Below are positions 21,102 to 30,831 of a DNA stretch of 64,000 nt, in pieces. This DNA comes from Candidatus Nitrospinota bacterium M3_3B_026 (GTDB lineage: Bacteria; Nitrospinota_A; UBA7883; JBPRGF01). Below the pieces are notes generated by a model. That model searched no databases. It saw only the letters and a list, made by a program, of their open reading frames with translations, and was not told the origin of the DNA. The stretch covers positions 96,001 to 160,000 of the forward strand of contig JBPRGF010000003.1 of NCBI GenBank assembly GCA_051418015.1. The letters are read 5' to 3'. The number at the start of each line of letters is the position of its first letter. Position 1 is the first letter of the stretch. Both the position numbers and the translations under genes were made by a program.

Positions 21102-22058
21102 TCATCCGAGAAAATAAGCCGCGGCGGCCCTCGCGGACAGCAAGAGGAAGAGGGCGCAGGCGAAGACGCCGTACATTAAAACGACAGCGCCCCTGACGCT
21201 ATCCCTCCCGGGGCCCGGCGCGGGATCGCCTATGACGGGCAGGCTCCTGACATCTCCATGGTACCGGTCATCCCCCCCCAGCCGGACGCCGAGGGCTCCC
21301 GCGAAGGCCGCCTCGGGCCAGCCGGAGTTGGGGCTTTCGTGCTTTCGCCCGTCCCGCAGCGCCACCCGGACAGAGTCGGCGCCGCGCCTCCCAATCGCCC
21401 ACGCCGCAAGGGGGACGAGAAGGGCCGTGAGGCGGGCGGGGATGTAGTTGACCGCGTCGTCCAGCCTGGCGGCGGCGAAACCGAACTTCGCATAGCGGCT
21501 GTCCTTGCTCCCGAACATGGAGTCCATGGTGTTCACGGCCTTGTAGAGCATCGCCCCCGCCGGACCGAAAAGCGCCGCGTAGAAAAGAGGCGCGATCACA
21601 CCGTCGGCGGTGTTCTCCGCCACGCTCTCCACGGCGGCCCGGGCCACGCCCTCCTCGTCCATGGCGGCGGTGTCCCTGCCCACGATCATCCCCACCTTGG
21701 CGCGCGCTTCTTCGATGCCGCCCGACGCCAGGGCCCGATGGACGGCCATGGCGTGATCGGCCAGGCCTCGCGCTGAAAGGGTTGTATAAATGATAAGGAC
21801 GCGCGCCGCGTCCCCCGCCGCCGGGTGGAGCGCCTCCGCCACGCCGATGACAAGGAGGACGGCCGCCAGAACCACCGGCAGCGTGACGAGAACGGCCATG
21901 GCGCCGCCGGCTCTTTCATTCTTGAAGACGCGCCGCGCCCGAGGCTCGAGGCGTTCCAGAAAAAACCCGATCCAGCGGACGGGATGCGGCGCCCGGCGCG
22001 GATCGCCCAGGAGAAGGTCCAGCGCTGCCGCTGCGAGTATCTGAAGCGCAAGGCTCAC
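21102..22058 (-). CDS. cbiB: Adenosylcobinamide-phosphate synthase
   Basis: GDP..PHPV, VESVAENTADG, YKAVNTMDSM and SPNSGWPEA motifs; GTG start overlaps the cbiP stop. Confidence 0.93.
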   Translation of the reverse strand: MSLALQILAAAALDLLLGDPRRAPHPVRWIGFFLERLEPRARRVFKNERAGGAMAVLVTLPVVLAAVLLVIGVAEALHPAAGDAARVLIIYTTLSARGLADHAMAVHRALASGGIEEARAKVGMIVGRDTAAMDEEGVARAAVESVAENTADGVIAPLFYAALFGPAGAMLYKAVNTMDSMFGSKDSRYAKFGFAAARLDDAVNYIPARLTALLVPLAAWAIGRRGADSVRVALRDGRKHESPNSGWPEAAFAGALGVRLGGDDRYHGDVRSLPVIGDPAPGPGRDSVRGAVVLMYGVFACALFLLLSARAAAAYFLG

Positions 22059-24646
22059 GTAAGGCCCATGATCCTGTAGATATCGTCCACGCCCACGGAC
22101 TCGCGGAAGACCTCCGCCAGCCTGTCGAGCCTCTCCTCCACGTCGTGGCGGGCCACGACCCTCCCCTTCGGCGCAAGCCCTTTTTTCTCGCGCAGCCTGT
22201 CGATGAGCCAGCGGCGGAACTCGTCGCGGTCGAACAGCCCGTGAAGATACGTCCCCCACACGAGGCCGCAGGGCGAAGCCGCGCCTATGACCGCGCCGTC
22301 GTCGCGGACAATCAGCGGCTCCGCGCCGCCGAGGGCCGTCTCGCCGTGGTGTATCTCGTATCCCTGAGCCTCCAGCCCGGAGGCGGCGTGCCTGCCCCGC
22401 GCCCGGGCGAGGGTTTTTTCGGGCGCGAGGGAGGTCTCGACATCGAGCAGGCCCAGGCCACGCGCAGACGCCGTGGAGGACTCCACCCCGCCGGGGTCGG
22501 CGATGGACCGGCCCAGCATCTGAAAACCCCCGCACAGGCCGATGACCATCGTCTTCCCGCCGCGCGCGGCCTTCCTGACAGCCTCCGCCATGCCGGAGCG
22601 CTCAAGCTCCAGAAGATCCGGTATGACGCTTTTGCTGCCGGGGATGACGACGGCGTCGGCGTCCTCTATCTGCTCCGGCCTCTCCGCAAGGCGCAGGCTC
22701 ACGTCCGGCTCGATCATCAGCGGGTCGAAGTCGGTGAAGTTCGACGTCCGGCGCAGGCGGACAACCGCCACGGTCACGGCGTCCTCTTCCGCGGGTCCAT
22801 CCCCGTTGACGCGCGCCCTGTCCTCCTCCGGCAGGCCGATCCCCTCCATGTACGGCACGACGCCGAGGGCGGGCATGCCGAGGCGCCTTGAGGTGTAGTC
22901 GAGCGCGCCGCCGAGCAGCCGCGCATCGCCCCGGAACTTATTCACGATGAAACCGGCCAGCAGGCGCCGCTCCCATTCGGCCATCGTTTCCGCGCAGCCG
23001 ATGAACGAGGCGAAGACCCCCCCACGGTCGATGTCGCCCACGAGGACGGCCCTGGCCCCGGCGTGCCGGGCCATGCGCATATTCACTATGTCGTGGTCTT
23101 TCAGGTTTACCTCGGCGGGGCTCCCCGCCCCTTCCATCACGATCACGTCGTATTTTTCCGTCAGCTCATCGTAGGCGCTTTTCACTATGTCGAACCCGCG
23201 TTCCTTTTTGAACCTGAAATACTCGTCCACGGTCATGCTTCCCACCGGCTCCCCCAGGACGATCACCTGCGCGCCGGTGTCGCTGTTCGGTTTGAGCAGT
23301 ATGGGGTTCATCAGCGTGTCCGGCTCCAGCCCCGCCGCCTGGGCCTGCGTCGCCTGCGCCCGGCCGATCTCGCGCCCGTCGAGGGTGACGTATGAGTTCA
23401 GGGCCATGTTCTGCGCCTTGAACGGCGCGGCGCGGAAGCCGTCCCGGGCCAGTACCCGCAGCATGGCGGCGGCCAGGACGCTCTTGCCGGAGTCGGAGCC
23501 TGTCCCCTGGAACATGACGGCGGGGATTTTTCGGCGTCTTGTTTTGCCCCGGCGGACGGGCGCGACGCCGAGGGCTTTCGCCACGGCCTCCAAAAGTTTT
23601 TCGTTCTCCTCCCCCGTCCGGACGGCGACTCGAAAATACCTGTCGTCCAGCCCCTCGAAATCGGCGAGCAACCGCACGGCGATCCCTTCGGCGAGAAGCG
23701 CCTCCGAAAGACGCCGCGCGTCCATCCCCGGCGTGTCCATGCGAACGAGAAGATAGTTCGTCTCGCCGGGAAATACAGTCAGCCCGCCGATCCTCTCCAG
23801 CCCTTCCGCCAGGGCGCGCCGGAGTTTTTCGACCTCGTCGACAGTCCTTCTCTCGTATTCCCCGTCCCCTCTGAAAACCTCCGCCCCGAAAGCCTGCGCC
23901 AGCGTGTTCACCGGCCACGGCGGCGTCATCCGGCGTATCCCGCCGATGATCTCATCGTCCGCCACGGCCATCCCGAGGCGCAGGCCGGGCACGGCGTAGA
24001 GCTTGGTCAGCGAGAGGACGACGATGACGTTCGGCGGCCTGTCGTGGATCATCGAGTCGAAATCTCTCACGAACCCGCCGAAAGACTCGTCGACGAGGAA
24101 GGTCGACGCCGAATGTTCGCGGGCCAGCGCGCGCAGGGCGTCCGCGTCCAGCGTCTTTCCGGTGGGGTTGTTCGGATGTCCGAGGAAGACAAGCTCCCCG
24201 CCGCGAAGGTTTTGTCCGAGCTTTTCGATATCGAGCGCGAAACTTTTATGGCTGTCGAGGCGAAAGGTCCTGACATCCAGCCCGGCCCGGAGCGCCGCCC
24301 GGCGGTAGTCGGTGTACGAAGGCGCCGGGATCAGCGCCGCGTCGAACCGGCCGGCGAGCGGTATGGTGAAGATAAGCTCCGTCGCCCCCGCCCCGGCCGC
24401 CGCCTGTTCTTTCGGGACGCCGGTTCGTTCGCTGAACGCCTCGATCAGCTCCTCCATCTCCGGGTCAGGATACAGGGCGATGTCCTTCAGGCGGGCGTTC
24501 ACAAGAGAGCGCAGCCAGTCCGGGAACCCCAGCGGGTTCAGGCTGGCGGAGAAATCAAGCACCCGCTCGGGAGGCAGGCCCGCCTTTCGGGCGATTTGCC
24601 TGACGTTTCCGCCGTGTGTGAAATCAGGTTCGATCCGTTCTCTCAT
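22055..24646 (-). CDS. cbiP: Fused L-threonine-phosphate decarboxylase (CobD) and cobyric acid synthase (CbiP/CobQ)
   Basis: N-terminal HGGN, DFSASLNPLG, PNNPTG, SLTKLYAVPGLR; C-terminal QGTGSDSGKS, PFKAQNM, EGAGSPAE, GLCGGFQM, GTYLHG. Confidence 0.93.
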   Translation of the reverse strand: MRERIEPDFTHGGNVRQIARKAGLPPERVLDFSASLNPLGFPDWLRSLVNARLKDIALYPDPEMEELIEAFSERTGVPKEQAAAGAGATELIFTIPLAGRFDAALIPAPSYTDYRRAALRAGLDVRTFRLDSHKSFALDIEKLGQNLRGGELVFLGHPNNPTGKTLDADALRALAREHSASTFLVDESFGGFVRDFDSMIHDRPPNVIVVLSLTKLYAVPGLRLGMAVADDEIIGGIRRMTPPWPVNTLAQAFGAEVFRGDGEYERRTVDEVEKLRRALAEGLERIGGLTVFPGETNYLLVRMDTPGMDARRLSEALLAEGIAVRLLADFEGLDDRYFRVAVRTGEENEKLLEAVAKALGVAPVRRGKTRRRKIPAVMFQGTGSDSGKSVLAAAMLRVLARDGFRAAPFKAQNMALNSYVTLDGREIGRAQATQAQAAGLEPDTLMNPILLKPNSDTGAQVIVLGEPVGSMTVDEYFRFKKERGFDIVKSAYDELTEKYDVIVMEGAGSPAEVNLKDHDIVNMRMARHAGARAVLVGDIDRGGVFASFIGCAETMAEWERRLLAGFIVNKFRGDARLLGGALDYTSRRLGMPALGVVPYMEGIGLPEEDRARVNGDGPAEEDAVTVAVVRLRRTSNFTDFDPLMIEPDVSLRLAERPEQIEDADAVVIPGSKSVIPDLLELERSGMAEAVRKAARGGKTMVIGLCGGFQMLGRSIADPGGVESSTASARGLGLLDVETSLAPEKTLARARGRHAASGLEAQGYEIHHGETALGGAEPLIVRDDGAVIGAASPCGLVWGTYLHGLFDRDEFRRWLIDRLREKKGLAPKGRVVARHDVEERLDRLAEVFRESVGVDDIYRIMGLT

Positions 24647-24690
24647 GAAAAGCCGTGTCCGCCCCATCCGCTCCCTGCGCGCCAAAACGC

Positions 24691-24771
24691 TGTCATTCTG
24701 AGCCGGAGGCGAAGAATCTCGTCCGCCCCAGGCAAGACCGGCGGGATACTTCGCTGACGCTCAGCATGACA
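24691..24771. repeat. TGTCA-tagged palindromic repeat (family C)
   Basis: TGTCATTCTGAGC...GAAGAATC...GATACTTCG...GCTCAGCATGACA. Confidence 0.8.
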
Positions 24772-24803
24772 CCGGTATCGCGCGGGGAGCGGATGGGGCG
24801 CCG

Positions 24804-25886
24804 TCACTTATCCGCCCGGGAGACGGCCGCCTCCTCGAAGGTGGCCACCTTCGTCAGCACACGGACGGCGCCGTCCAGCAGCGGCATGGCGAGCGCCGCG
24901 GCCGACCCTTCGCCGAGCCGCATCCCCAGGTCCAGAAGCGGCATTTTTCCCAGGGCGGCGAGGGCGGCCCGGTGGCCCGGCTCCTCGCTTTTGCTCGAGG
25001 CGATCATGTATTCCGCCGAGCGGGGCGCGATGGTCCTGGCGATCAGGGCGCCAGCGGTGGAGATGAATCCGTCCACCAGCACAGGCTTGCGCAAGGACGC
25101 CGCGCCCAGGATCAGCCCCGCGATGCCGCCGATCTCGAACCCTCCCACCTTGGCCAGGAGGTCGATCCCGTCGTTCGCGTCAGGCCGATTCGCGGCCAGC
25201 GCCCTCTCCACCACGGCGACCTTGCGCTCAAGCTGGGAGTCGTCCAGCCCCGTCCCCCTGCCCGTGATCTCCGCGGGGGGCGCGCCGGTCACCGCGGCGA
25301 CGATGGCGCTGCTCGGCGTCGTGTTGGCTATCCCCATCTCCCCCGCCGCGAAGATGTCCGTGGAATCGGCAAGGTCCAGGGCCACCTCTATCCCCGCCTC
25401 GACACAGCGGACGGCGTCCTCGCGGCTCATGGCGGGGCCTTCGGCGATGTTGGCCGTCCCCATCCCGATTTTTTTTTCCAGCACCTTGTCGCCGAGCGCG
25501 CCGGGCGCGGCGTTCACCCCCATGTCCACCACCACCACGCCCGCCCCGGCAAGGCCCGCCAGCGCGTTCACCCCCGCGCCGCCGTTGACGAAGTTGGCCA
25601 CCATCTGCCGGGTCACCTCCGCGGGGTATTTGCTCACCCCCTCCGCCGCGACGCCGTGGTCGCCGGCCATCGTCACGATCGTCTTGCGGGCGACGGGCGG
25701 GGGGGACTGCCCCGTCATGGCGGCCAGCTCCTCGGCAAGGTCCATCAGCCGCCCCAGCGCCCACGCGGGCATCGTCAGCCGCTCAAGCCTCGCCCTGGCT
25801 TTTTGCCGCGCCTCGCCGGAAAGGGGCGCGATCTTTTTTATGGTCTCCGCCAGTAAACCCGCCTCTGTCGTCTCTTCAGTCTTCAT
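24804..25886 (-). CDS. cobT: Nicotinate-nucleotide-dimethylbenzimidazole phosphoribosyltransferase
   Basis: AGDHGV, GEMGIANTT, VGGFEIG and MRLGEGS motifs. Confidence 0.95.
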   Translation of the reverse strand: MKTEETTEAGLLAETIKKIAPLSGEARQKARARLERLTMPAWALGRLMDLAEELAAMTGQSPPPVARKTIVTMAGDHGVAAEGVSKYPAEVTRQMVANFVNGGAGVNALAGLAGAGVVVVDMGVNAAPGALGDKVLEKKIGMGTANIAEGPAMSREDAVRCVEAGIEVALDLADSTDIFAAGEMGIANTTPSSAIVAAVTGAPPAEITGRGTGLDDSQLERKVAVVERALAANRPDANDGIDLLAKVGGFEIGGIAGLILGAASLRKPVLVDGFISTAGALIARTIAPRSAEYMIASSKSEEPGHRAALAALGKMPLLDLGMRLGEGSAAALAMPLLDGAVRVLTKVATFEEAAVSRADK

Positions 25887-25912
25887 CGTCGTCCTTTCGA
25901 TTTGAGAATGTT

Positions 25913-26443
25913 TCAGTAATCAAGATGCGGCTGGGCGGGGACTCCTTTGCTCATGGGATGCTTCACCGCTTCCATCCTTGTCACCATGTCCGCCTTCTCG
26001 ACGATCCTGTCCGGCGCGCCGCGGCCGGTCAGGATCAGGTGTGTCGACTCCGGGCGTATGTCCATCAGGCGCTCCACCTGTTCCACGGTCACAAGCTTCG
26101 CCCCGATCGCGTAGAGGATCTCGTCCAAAACGACTACGGTGTAATCGCCCGAGGCCAGCGTCCGCTCCGCGAGGAGAAGACCCTCCCGCGCCGCACGCTC
26201 GTGCTCCTCGCGGGGCGTGTCCGGCAGCCACGTGAACCCCCGGCCCACCCGGATGATCTCCAGGGCCGGCGCCATCTTCTCCGCGAACATGCTCTCGCCG
26301 GTGGGCCGCTCGCCCTTGATGAACTGTATGATCCTGCATCTGCCGCCGCGCCCCAGCGAGCGCAGCGCGACGCCGAGAGCGGCGGATGTCTTCCCCTTCC
26401 CCTCGCCGGTGAAGACCACCGTCAGCCCTTTGAAATCATTCAT
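25913..26443 (-). CDS. cobO: Cob(I)yrinic acid a,c-diamide adenosyltransferase
   Basis: TGEGKGKTSAALG, QFIKG, VLDEI, LTGR and KHP motifs. Confidence 0.95.
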   Translation of the reverse strand: MNDFKGLTVVFTGEGKGKTSAALGVALRSLGRGGRCRIIQFIKGERPTGESMFAEKMAPALEIIRVGRGFTWLPDTPREEHERAAREGLLLAERTLASGDYTVVVLDEILYAIGAKLVTVEQVERLMDIRPESTHLILTGRGAPDRIVEKADMVTRMEAVKHPMSKGVPAQPHLDY

Positions 26444-27224
26444 GGCTCGAATACCTCCCGGCGCCGTTTAAAACCTCGCGCAGGGCGGCGGCGAGGCCGT
26501 CAATGGTCTCGTGGACGTTTCCGCCCTCGCGCCGCGGCCTTTTGACCATCACCGCCGATATCCCGGCGCGCCTGGCCGCCTCGATCTTTTCGCCAACGCC
26601 GCCGGCGGCGCCGCTGTCCTTGGTGACGATCACGCCCGCGCCTGCCCTTTCGATGTGCTCAAGGTTCTCCTCCACGGAGAAGGGGCCGCGCCCGGCGATG
26701 ATGTCCTCGTCCGAAAGACCCGCCGCCCGGCATGACTCGATCGACGCGGGATGGTCCAGGACCCGCGCCACGAGCCGCGGCCCCGCCTGTCTCGCCCGAG
26801 CGGCGTAGACCGCTATGTCCTTCGACCCCGTCGCCGCGAGGACCGTCACGCCGAAAGAGAAGGCTATCCGCGCCGCCTCTTCGTGATCGTCCGCGATGGT
26901 GAGCCTTTCGTAGTCGCAGTCGATGGACGGGCGCGAGAAGACGAGGTACGGGATGCCCGCGGCAGAGGCGGCCTGCCTGGCCTCGCGGCTGGCCTCCTCG
27001 GCGAAAGGATGCGTCGCGTCCACCACCACCGCCGCGCCCTCGGTCTCGATCAGGCGCGCCAGCCCCTCGGCGGAAAGCCGTCCGGAGCGGCGCCTGATCC
27101 TTTCCCCGTCGCCCGTGCCGAGGGGGATGTCCGTCGCCGTGGAGACGAGGACGTCGACGCCCAGCCGGGCGATCCTCTCCGCGATCGGCCCCGTTTCGCT
27201 GGTCCCGCCAAGGAGGAGTATCAT
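26436..27224 (-). CDS. cbiJ: Cobalt-precorrin-6A reductase
   Basis: LLGGTSE, DATHPFA, GPFSVEEN and VTKDSG motifs. Confidence 0.93.
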   Translation of the reverse strand: MILLLGGTSETGPIAERIARLGVDVLVSTATDIPLGTGDGERIRRRSGRLSAEGLARLIETEGAAVVVDATHPFAEEASREARQAASAAGIPYLVFSRPSIDCDYERLTIADDHEEAARIAFSFGVTVLAATGSKDIAVYAARARQAGPRLVARVLDHPASIESCRAAGLSDEDIIAGRGPFSVEENLEHIERAGAGVIVTKDSGAAGGVGEKIEAARRAGISAVMVKRPRREGGNVHETIDGLAAALREVLNGAGRYSSHE

Positions 27225-27949
27225 ATATTATACCCCCGTGGGTTCACCATCCATCCGTCCAGCCTCCGCGTCGCGCTTGAGCCGATTATCACCGTCGTTC
27301 GCATGGCGATCTTCTCCTCCAGGAACCTGTCAAGGGTGGTTATGACCACCCGCTCGGCCTCCAGGCTGACGGAGTCCGCCACGCCGACGGGCGTCGAGCC
27401 GGGCCTGTGTTTCCGGAAAATCTCCGCCGCCTCCTCGAGCTGCGCCACCCTCTTTTTGCTCTTCGGGTTGTACAGCGCCACGGCGAGGTCCGCCGCCGCC
27501 ACGGCCTCGAGCCTTCGCCGGATCGTCTCCCATGGCACGAGCAGGTCGCTCAGGCTTATCGCGGCGAAGTCCAGCGCCAGCGGCGCCCCGAGGCGCGCCG
27601 CGGCGGAGTTGGCGGCGCTGACGCCGGGGATTATCTCGATCGGGACTTTTACGCTCATCTCCCCGGCCAGCTCCAGGGCAAGCCCCGCCATGCCGTAAAC
27701 GCCCGGGTCGCCGCTTGATATGAGCGCCACCTTCTCTCCCTCTTCCGCCGCCTCGAGCGCCGCGCGAGCCCGCTCCACCTCCCTTGTCATGCCGGAGGAT
27801 ATTATCCGCTTGCCCGCGGTCAGGTCCTCCACCAGCGCAAGGTAGGTGGTGTACCCGGCCACGACGCCGCACTCGGCGATCGCCATCTCCGCCCTGCGGG
27901 TCCTGTCCAGCGGGCCGCCGGGGCCTATTCCGACGACGAAGAGCTTTCC
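27221..27949 (-). CDS. cbiH: Precorrin-3B C17-methyltransferase (true start unresolved; homology begins at GKLFVVGIGPG)
   Basis: GYTTY, SSGDPGVYGMA, ISLSDLL, LYNPKS and PRGY motifs; the first in-frame ATG (27886) lies after the GxGPG motif. Confidence 0.88.
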   Translation of the reverse strand, partial: GKLFVVGIGPGGPLDRTRRAEMAIAECGVVAGYTTYLALVEDLTAGKRIISSGMTREVERARAALEAAEEGEKVALISSGDPGVYGMAGLALELAGEMSVKVPIEIIPGVSAANSAAARLGAPLALDFAAISLSDLLVPWETIRRRLEAVAAADLAVALYNPKSKKRVAQLEEAAEIFRKHRPGSTPVGVADSVSLEAERVVITTLDRFLEEKIAMRTTVIIGSSATRRLDGWMVNPRGYNI

Positions 27950-28710
27950 CTGGCGATCGCCACCGTCACTCCGTTGAGCTTTTTCTTTCCCAGTATTAAT
28001 CGCGTCCTCCTTCCGGCAAGCAGCGCCGCGGGCTCCGCCACGGCGGGCAGGCCCACACTGCGCTTTACGAACTCCGACTCCTCGAACCTCAAAGGTGTGT
28101 TTTTTATCTGCTCCGACGGGATCAGCCTCAGCGGAACGCCGAGCGCCTCCGCGGCGGCCACGATCCCCGCCTCGTCCCCCTTGATGTCCGCCGTGGCCAA
28201 TAGCCGCACCTCGTCCACGCGCGCGTCCGCCTCGGCCAGGGCGGAGTCTATCGCGGCGAGGACCTCCTCCTTTTCCTTTCCGCGCCTTGCTCCCACGCCG
28301 ACTATCAGGTCCTTGGCCGCCTCGGTGGTGGTTGTTATAACAGGCTCGGCGGCGGCGGCGTTGGCTATCCTGAAGGCGAGATCGTTCGCCCCTCCCTCGT
28401 GTCCACTCAGAAGGCTTACGGCCCAGCGGCCGAGGACGTCCATGACGACCACGGCGGGGTCCGTCTTCTTCGAGACGAGCGCGCCGGAGACCGCGCGGAC
28501 GACGGCTCCCGCCGGGGCGGCGTAGACGATCCCGTCATACCGGCCCCACAGGCTTTGTGTAAGCTCCGCGACGCCGGAGAAACGCTCGCATGGCCCCTCG
28601 ACGGCGCCCGCGGCCTCGCTTATGTAGACGCCGGCTTCCGGGAATGATTTTTTCAGCCCCAGGACAAGCCGCGCCCCCTGCGCCGAAAGGGTGACGAAAG
28701 CCAGCCTCAT
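27925..28710 (-). CDS. cbiG: Cobalt-precorrin-5A hydrolase
   Basis: KKTDPAVVV, LLSGHEGGAN, VITTTTE, VAEPAAL and VTVAIA motifs. Confidence 0.92.
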   Translation of the reverse strand: MRLAFVTLSAQGARLVLGLKKSFPEAGVYISEAAGAVEGPCERFSGVAELTQSLWGRYDGIVYAAPAGAVVRAVSGALVSKKTDPAVVVMDVLGRWAVSLLSGHEGGANDLAFRIANAAAAEPVITTTTEAAKDLIVGVGARRGKEKEEVLAAIDSALAEADARVDEVRLLATADIKGDEAGIVAAAEALGVPLRLIPSEQIKNTPLRFEESEFVKRSVGLPAVAEPAALLAGRRTRLILGKKKLNGVTVAIARESSSSSE

Positions 28711-29468
28711 TCGCCCCGGGCCTTTCTGTATCCGTGGGAGAAGGTTTCGTCGTAGAGCCGCGAGGCCGTCCCGCCCCATTCGCCAAGCGCCGGGCCGACG
28801 GCTATCATCGCCGTTCTCGTGATCCCCGCCTCGGCCACCTTCCCCGCTATGTCCGAGAGCGTCCCGGTCACGATCCTCTCGTCCGGCCACGACGCCTTAT
28901 AGACGACGCTGACGGGCGCTTCGGAGCCGTAGCTCTCCGCGAGCTTCGCGGCCACCTTGTCCATCATGCCCGCCGAGAGGAATATCATCATCGTGGCGCG
29001 CGCCCTGGCGAGCGCGGAAAGATCCTGCTCCGGCGGGACGGGCGTCCTTCCGGCGGCGCGGGTGAGGATGACCGTCTGCGACACCTCGGGGACGGTAAGC
29101 TCCTTTTTCAGCGCCGCCGCGGCCGCCTGGAAGGAGCTTACGCCGGGGATCACCTCGTATTCCATCCCCAGCTCGTCGAGGGCGCGCATCTGCTCGCCGA
29201 TGGCGCCGTAAACGCACGGGTCGCCGGAATGAAGCCGCGCCACATCCAGCCCGCGGTCTCTCGCGCTTTTGAAGATTTTCACTACCTCCGGAAGACTCAT
29301 CTTCGCCGAGTCGCTTCTCTCCGCCTCGTCCGGGATGAGGCTCAACAACTCATCGCTTATCAGCGACCCCGCGTAGACGGCGACGCGGCAGGATTTTATG
29401 ATCCTCGCGGCCTTGACCGTCAGAAGCTCCGGGTCGCCCGGCCCCGCGCCGATGAAATAGACCTTCAC
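28707..29468 (-). CDS. cbiF: Cobalt-precorrin-4 C11-methyltransferase
   Basis: GAGPGDPELLT, YAGSL, RLHSGDP, SQTVILTR and SRLYDETFSHGYR motifs. Confidence 0.95.
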   Translation of the reverse strand: MKVYFIGAGPGDPELLTVKAARIIKSCRVAVYAGSLISDELLSLIPDEAERSDSAKMSLPEVVKIFKSARDRGLDVARLHSGDPCVYGAIGEQMRALDELGMEYEVIPGVSSFQAAAAALKKELTVPEVSQTVILTRAAGRTPVPPEQDLSALARARATMMIFLSAGMMDKVAAKLAESYGSEAPVSVVYKASWPDERIVTGTLSDIAGKVAEAGITRTAMIAVGPALGEWGGTASRLYDETFSHGYRKARGE

Positions 29469-30202
29469 GCCGTCTCTCCTTTCCTCTTCCCCGCGTGCAC
29501 GAGGATGGTGGACATGTAGCCGGTCTGCTCGGTCTCGCCCCGCAGCCTCGAAAGATCCGTCTCCACCCGCTGGTCCTCCATCCCCGCGTTCGATACGAAC
29601 ACCGCGTTCTCCTGGACGCCAAGCTCCTCCAGCAGGTCTATGATCCGCTGGAGCCTTTTGCCGACCTTCATGAGGACGACCGTGCCCCCCCGCTCTATGG
29701 CCTCCCGCGCCGCGCCGAGGTCGTCGGCCGCGGGGATTATCGTCACCGGTTCCTTGCCCTCGCCCACGGGGAACGAGGTGAGCGCCGCCACCGCGTTGAA
29801 GGCCGTCACGCCGGGGATGGTGACCACCCTCGCGCCGGGTAGAGCCTTTTTGAGGGCGCGCAGAAGGTAGATGTACGTCGAGTAGAGCAGAGGGTCGCCA
29901 AGCGTCACGAAGCAGGCGTCCTCACCCGTCGAGAGCGCGTCCGCTATCGTCCTGGCGGACTCGTCCCACCGCCGCGAAAGCTCGGCCTTGTCCGTCACCA
30001 TGGGGAAGACAAGCTCGACTATCTCCGCGTCGTCCGAAACGTACCTGCGCGCTATGTCGAGCGCCAGGCTCTCGGCCTTGATCCTGGCGATGGGGACGAA
30101 GATTTTTGAGATTTTCGATATAAGCTCCGCCCCGGTGACGGTGATAAGGCCGGGATCGCCCGGCCCGACGCCGATTCCGTACAGCGCGCCCGGCGCCGTC
30201 AT
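29465..30202 (-). CDS. cbiL: Cobalt-factor II C20-methyltransferase
   Basis: LYGIGVGPGDP, FPM, TLGDPLLYSTY and VLMKV motifs. Confidence 0.93.
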   Translation of the reverse strand: MTAPGALYGIGVGPGDPGLITVTGAELISKISKIFVPIARIKAESLALDIARRYVSDDAEIVELVFPMVTDKAELSRRWDESARTIADALSTGEDACFVTLGDPLLYSTYIYLLRALKKALPGARVVTIPGVTAFNAVAALTSFPVGEGKEPVTIIPAADDLGAAREAIERGGTVVLMKVGKRLQRIIDLLEELGVQENAVFVSNAGMEDQRVETDLSRLRGETEQTGYMSTILVHAGKRKGETA

Positions 30203-30828
30203 TTCATCAACTCCTCTCTGACAAGCAAAAGCACCGCCCGCGAGGCCGCGCCGGACCCCGGAAGGCTGGCGGGGTCCGTCTCGTACACTCTCTCGTTCTC
30301 CATCCCTATGTTCTCCGCGATGATGGCGCGGCGCCCGTCGCCCAGCGCCTCGGCGAAACGGGCCGTCCACGCAAGCGCCCCGTCGCGCCCAAGCAGGACG
30401 GCGATCTTGGGGCATTCCCTCGCCCTCTCCACGGCCGCCTCGGGGTCATGGGCGTGGGCGCTTATGATCATCGCGTCCTCCCAGCCAAGCCCCGCCAGGG
30501 CGAAAGCGGCCTGGACGGAGCTTATCCCCGGTATCATCCGGCAGGCGCTCCGTCCGAACCTTTCGATGACCTGCCGGGCCAGCGAAAAAAGGCCCGGGTC
30601 GCCGCTGACAAGCAGCGCCGTTCTGCCGAGCCGCCGCTTCTCATCCAACACCTCGATGGCCTTTTGAACGTCCGCGCCGACGGTTATCCTCTCCCCGTCC
30701 CCATGGGCGAGCCGCAGGGCGTGGGCGCTGCCCACGAGAAAATCCGCCTCCCGCGCCGCCTCCCGCGCCGCCTGGGTCATGTATTCGGGCGAACCCGGTC
30801 CCACGCCTATTATTGTTATCTTCTCCAT
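30199..30828 (-). CDS. cbiE: Cobalt-precorrin-7 C5-methyltransferase (no CbiT domain)
   Basis: IGVGPGS, SGDPGLFS, PGISSVQAAFA and ENIG..NER motifs. Confidence 0.88.
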   Translation of the reverse strand: MEKITIIGVGPGSPEYMTQAAREAAREADFLVGSAHALRLAHGDGERITVGADVQKAIEVLDEKRRLGRTALLVSGDPGLFSLARQVIERFGRSACRMIPGISSVQAAFALAGLGWEDAMIISAHAHDPEAAVERARECPKIAVLLGRDGALAWTARFAEALGDGRRAIIAENIGMENERVYETDPASLPGSGAASRAVLLLVREELMK

Positions 30829-30831
30829 CGC

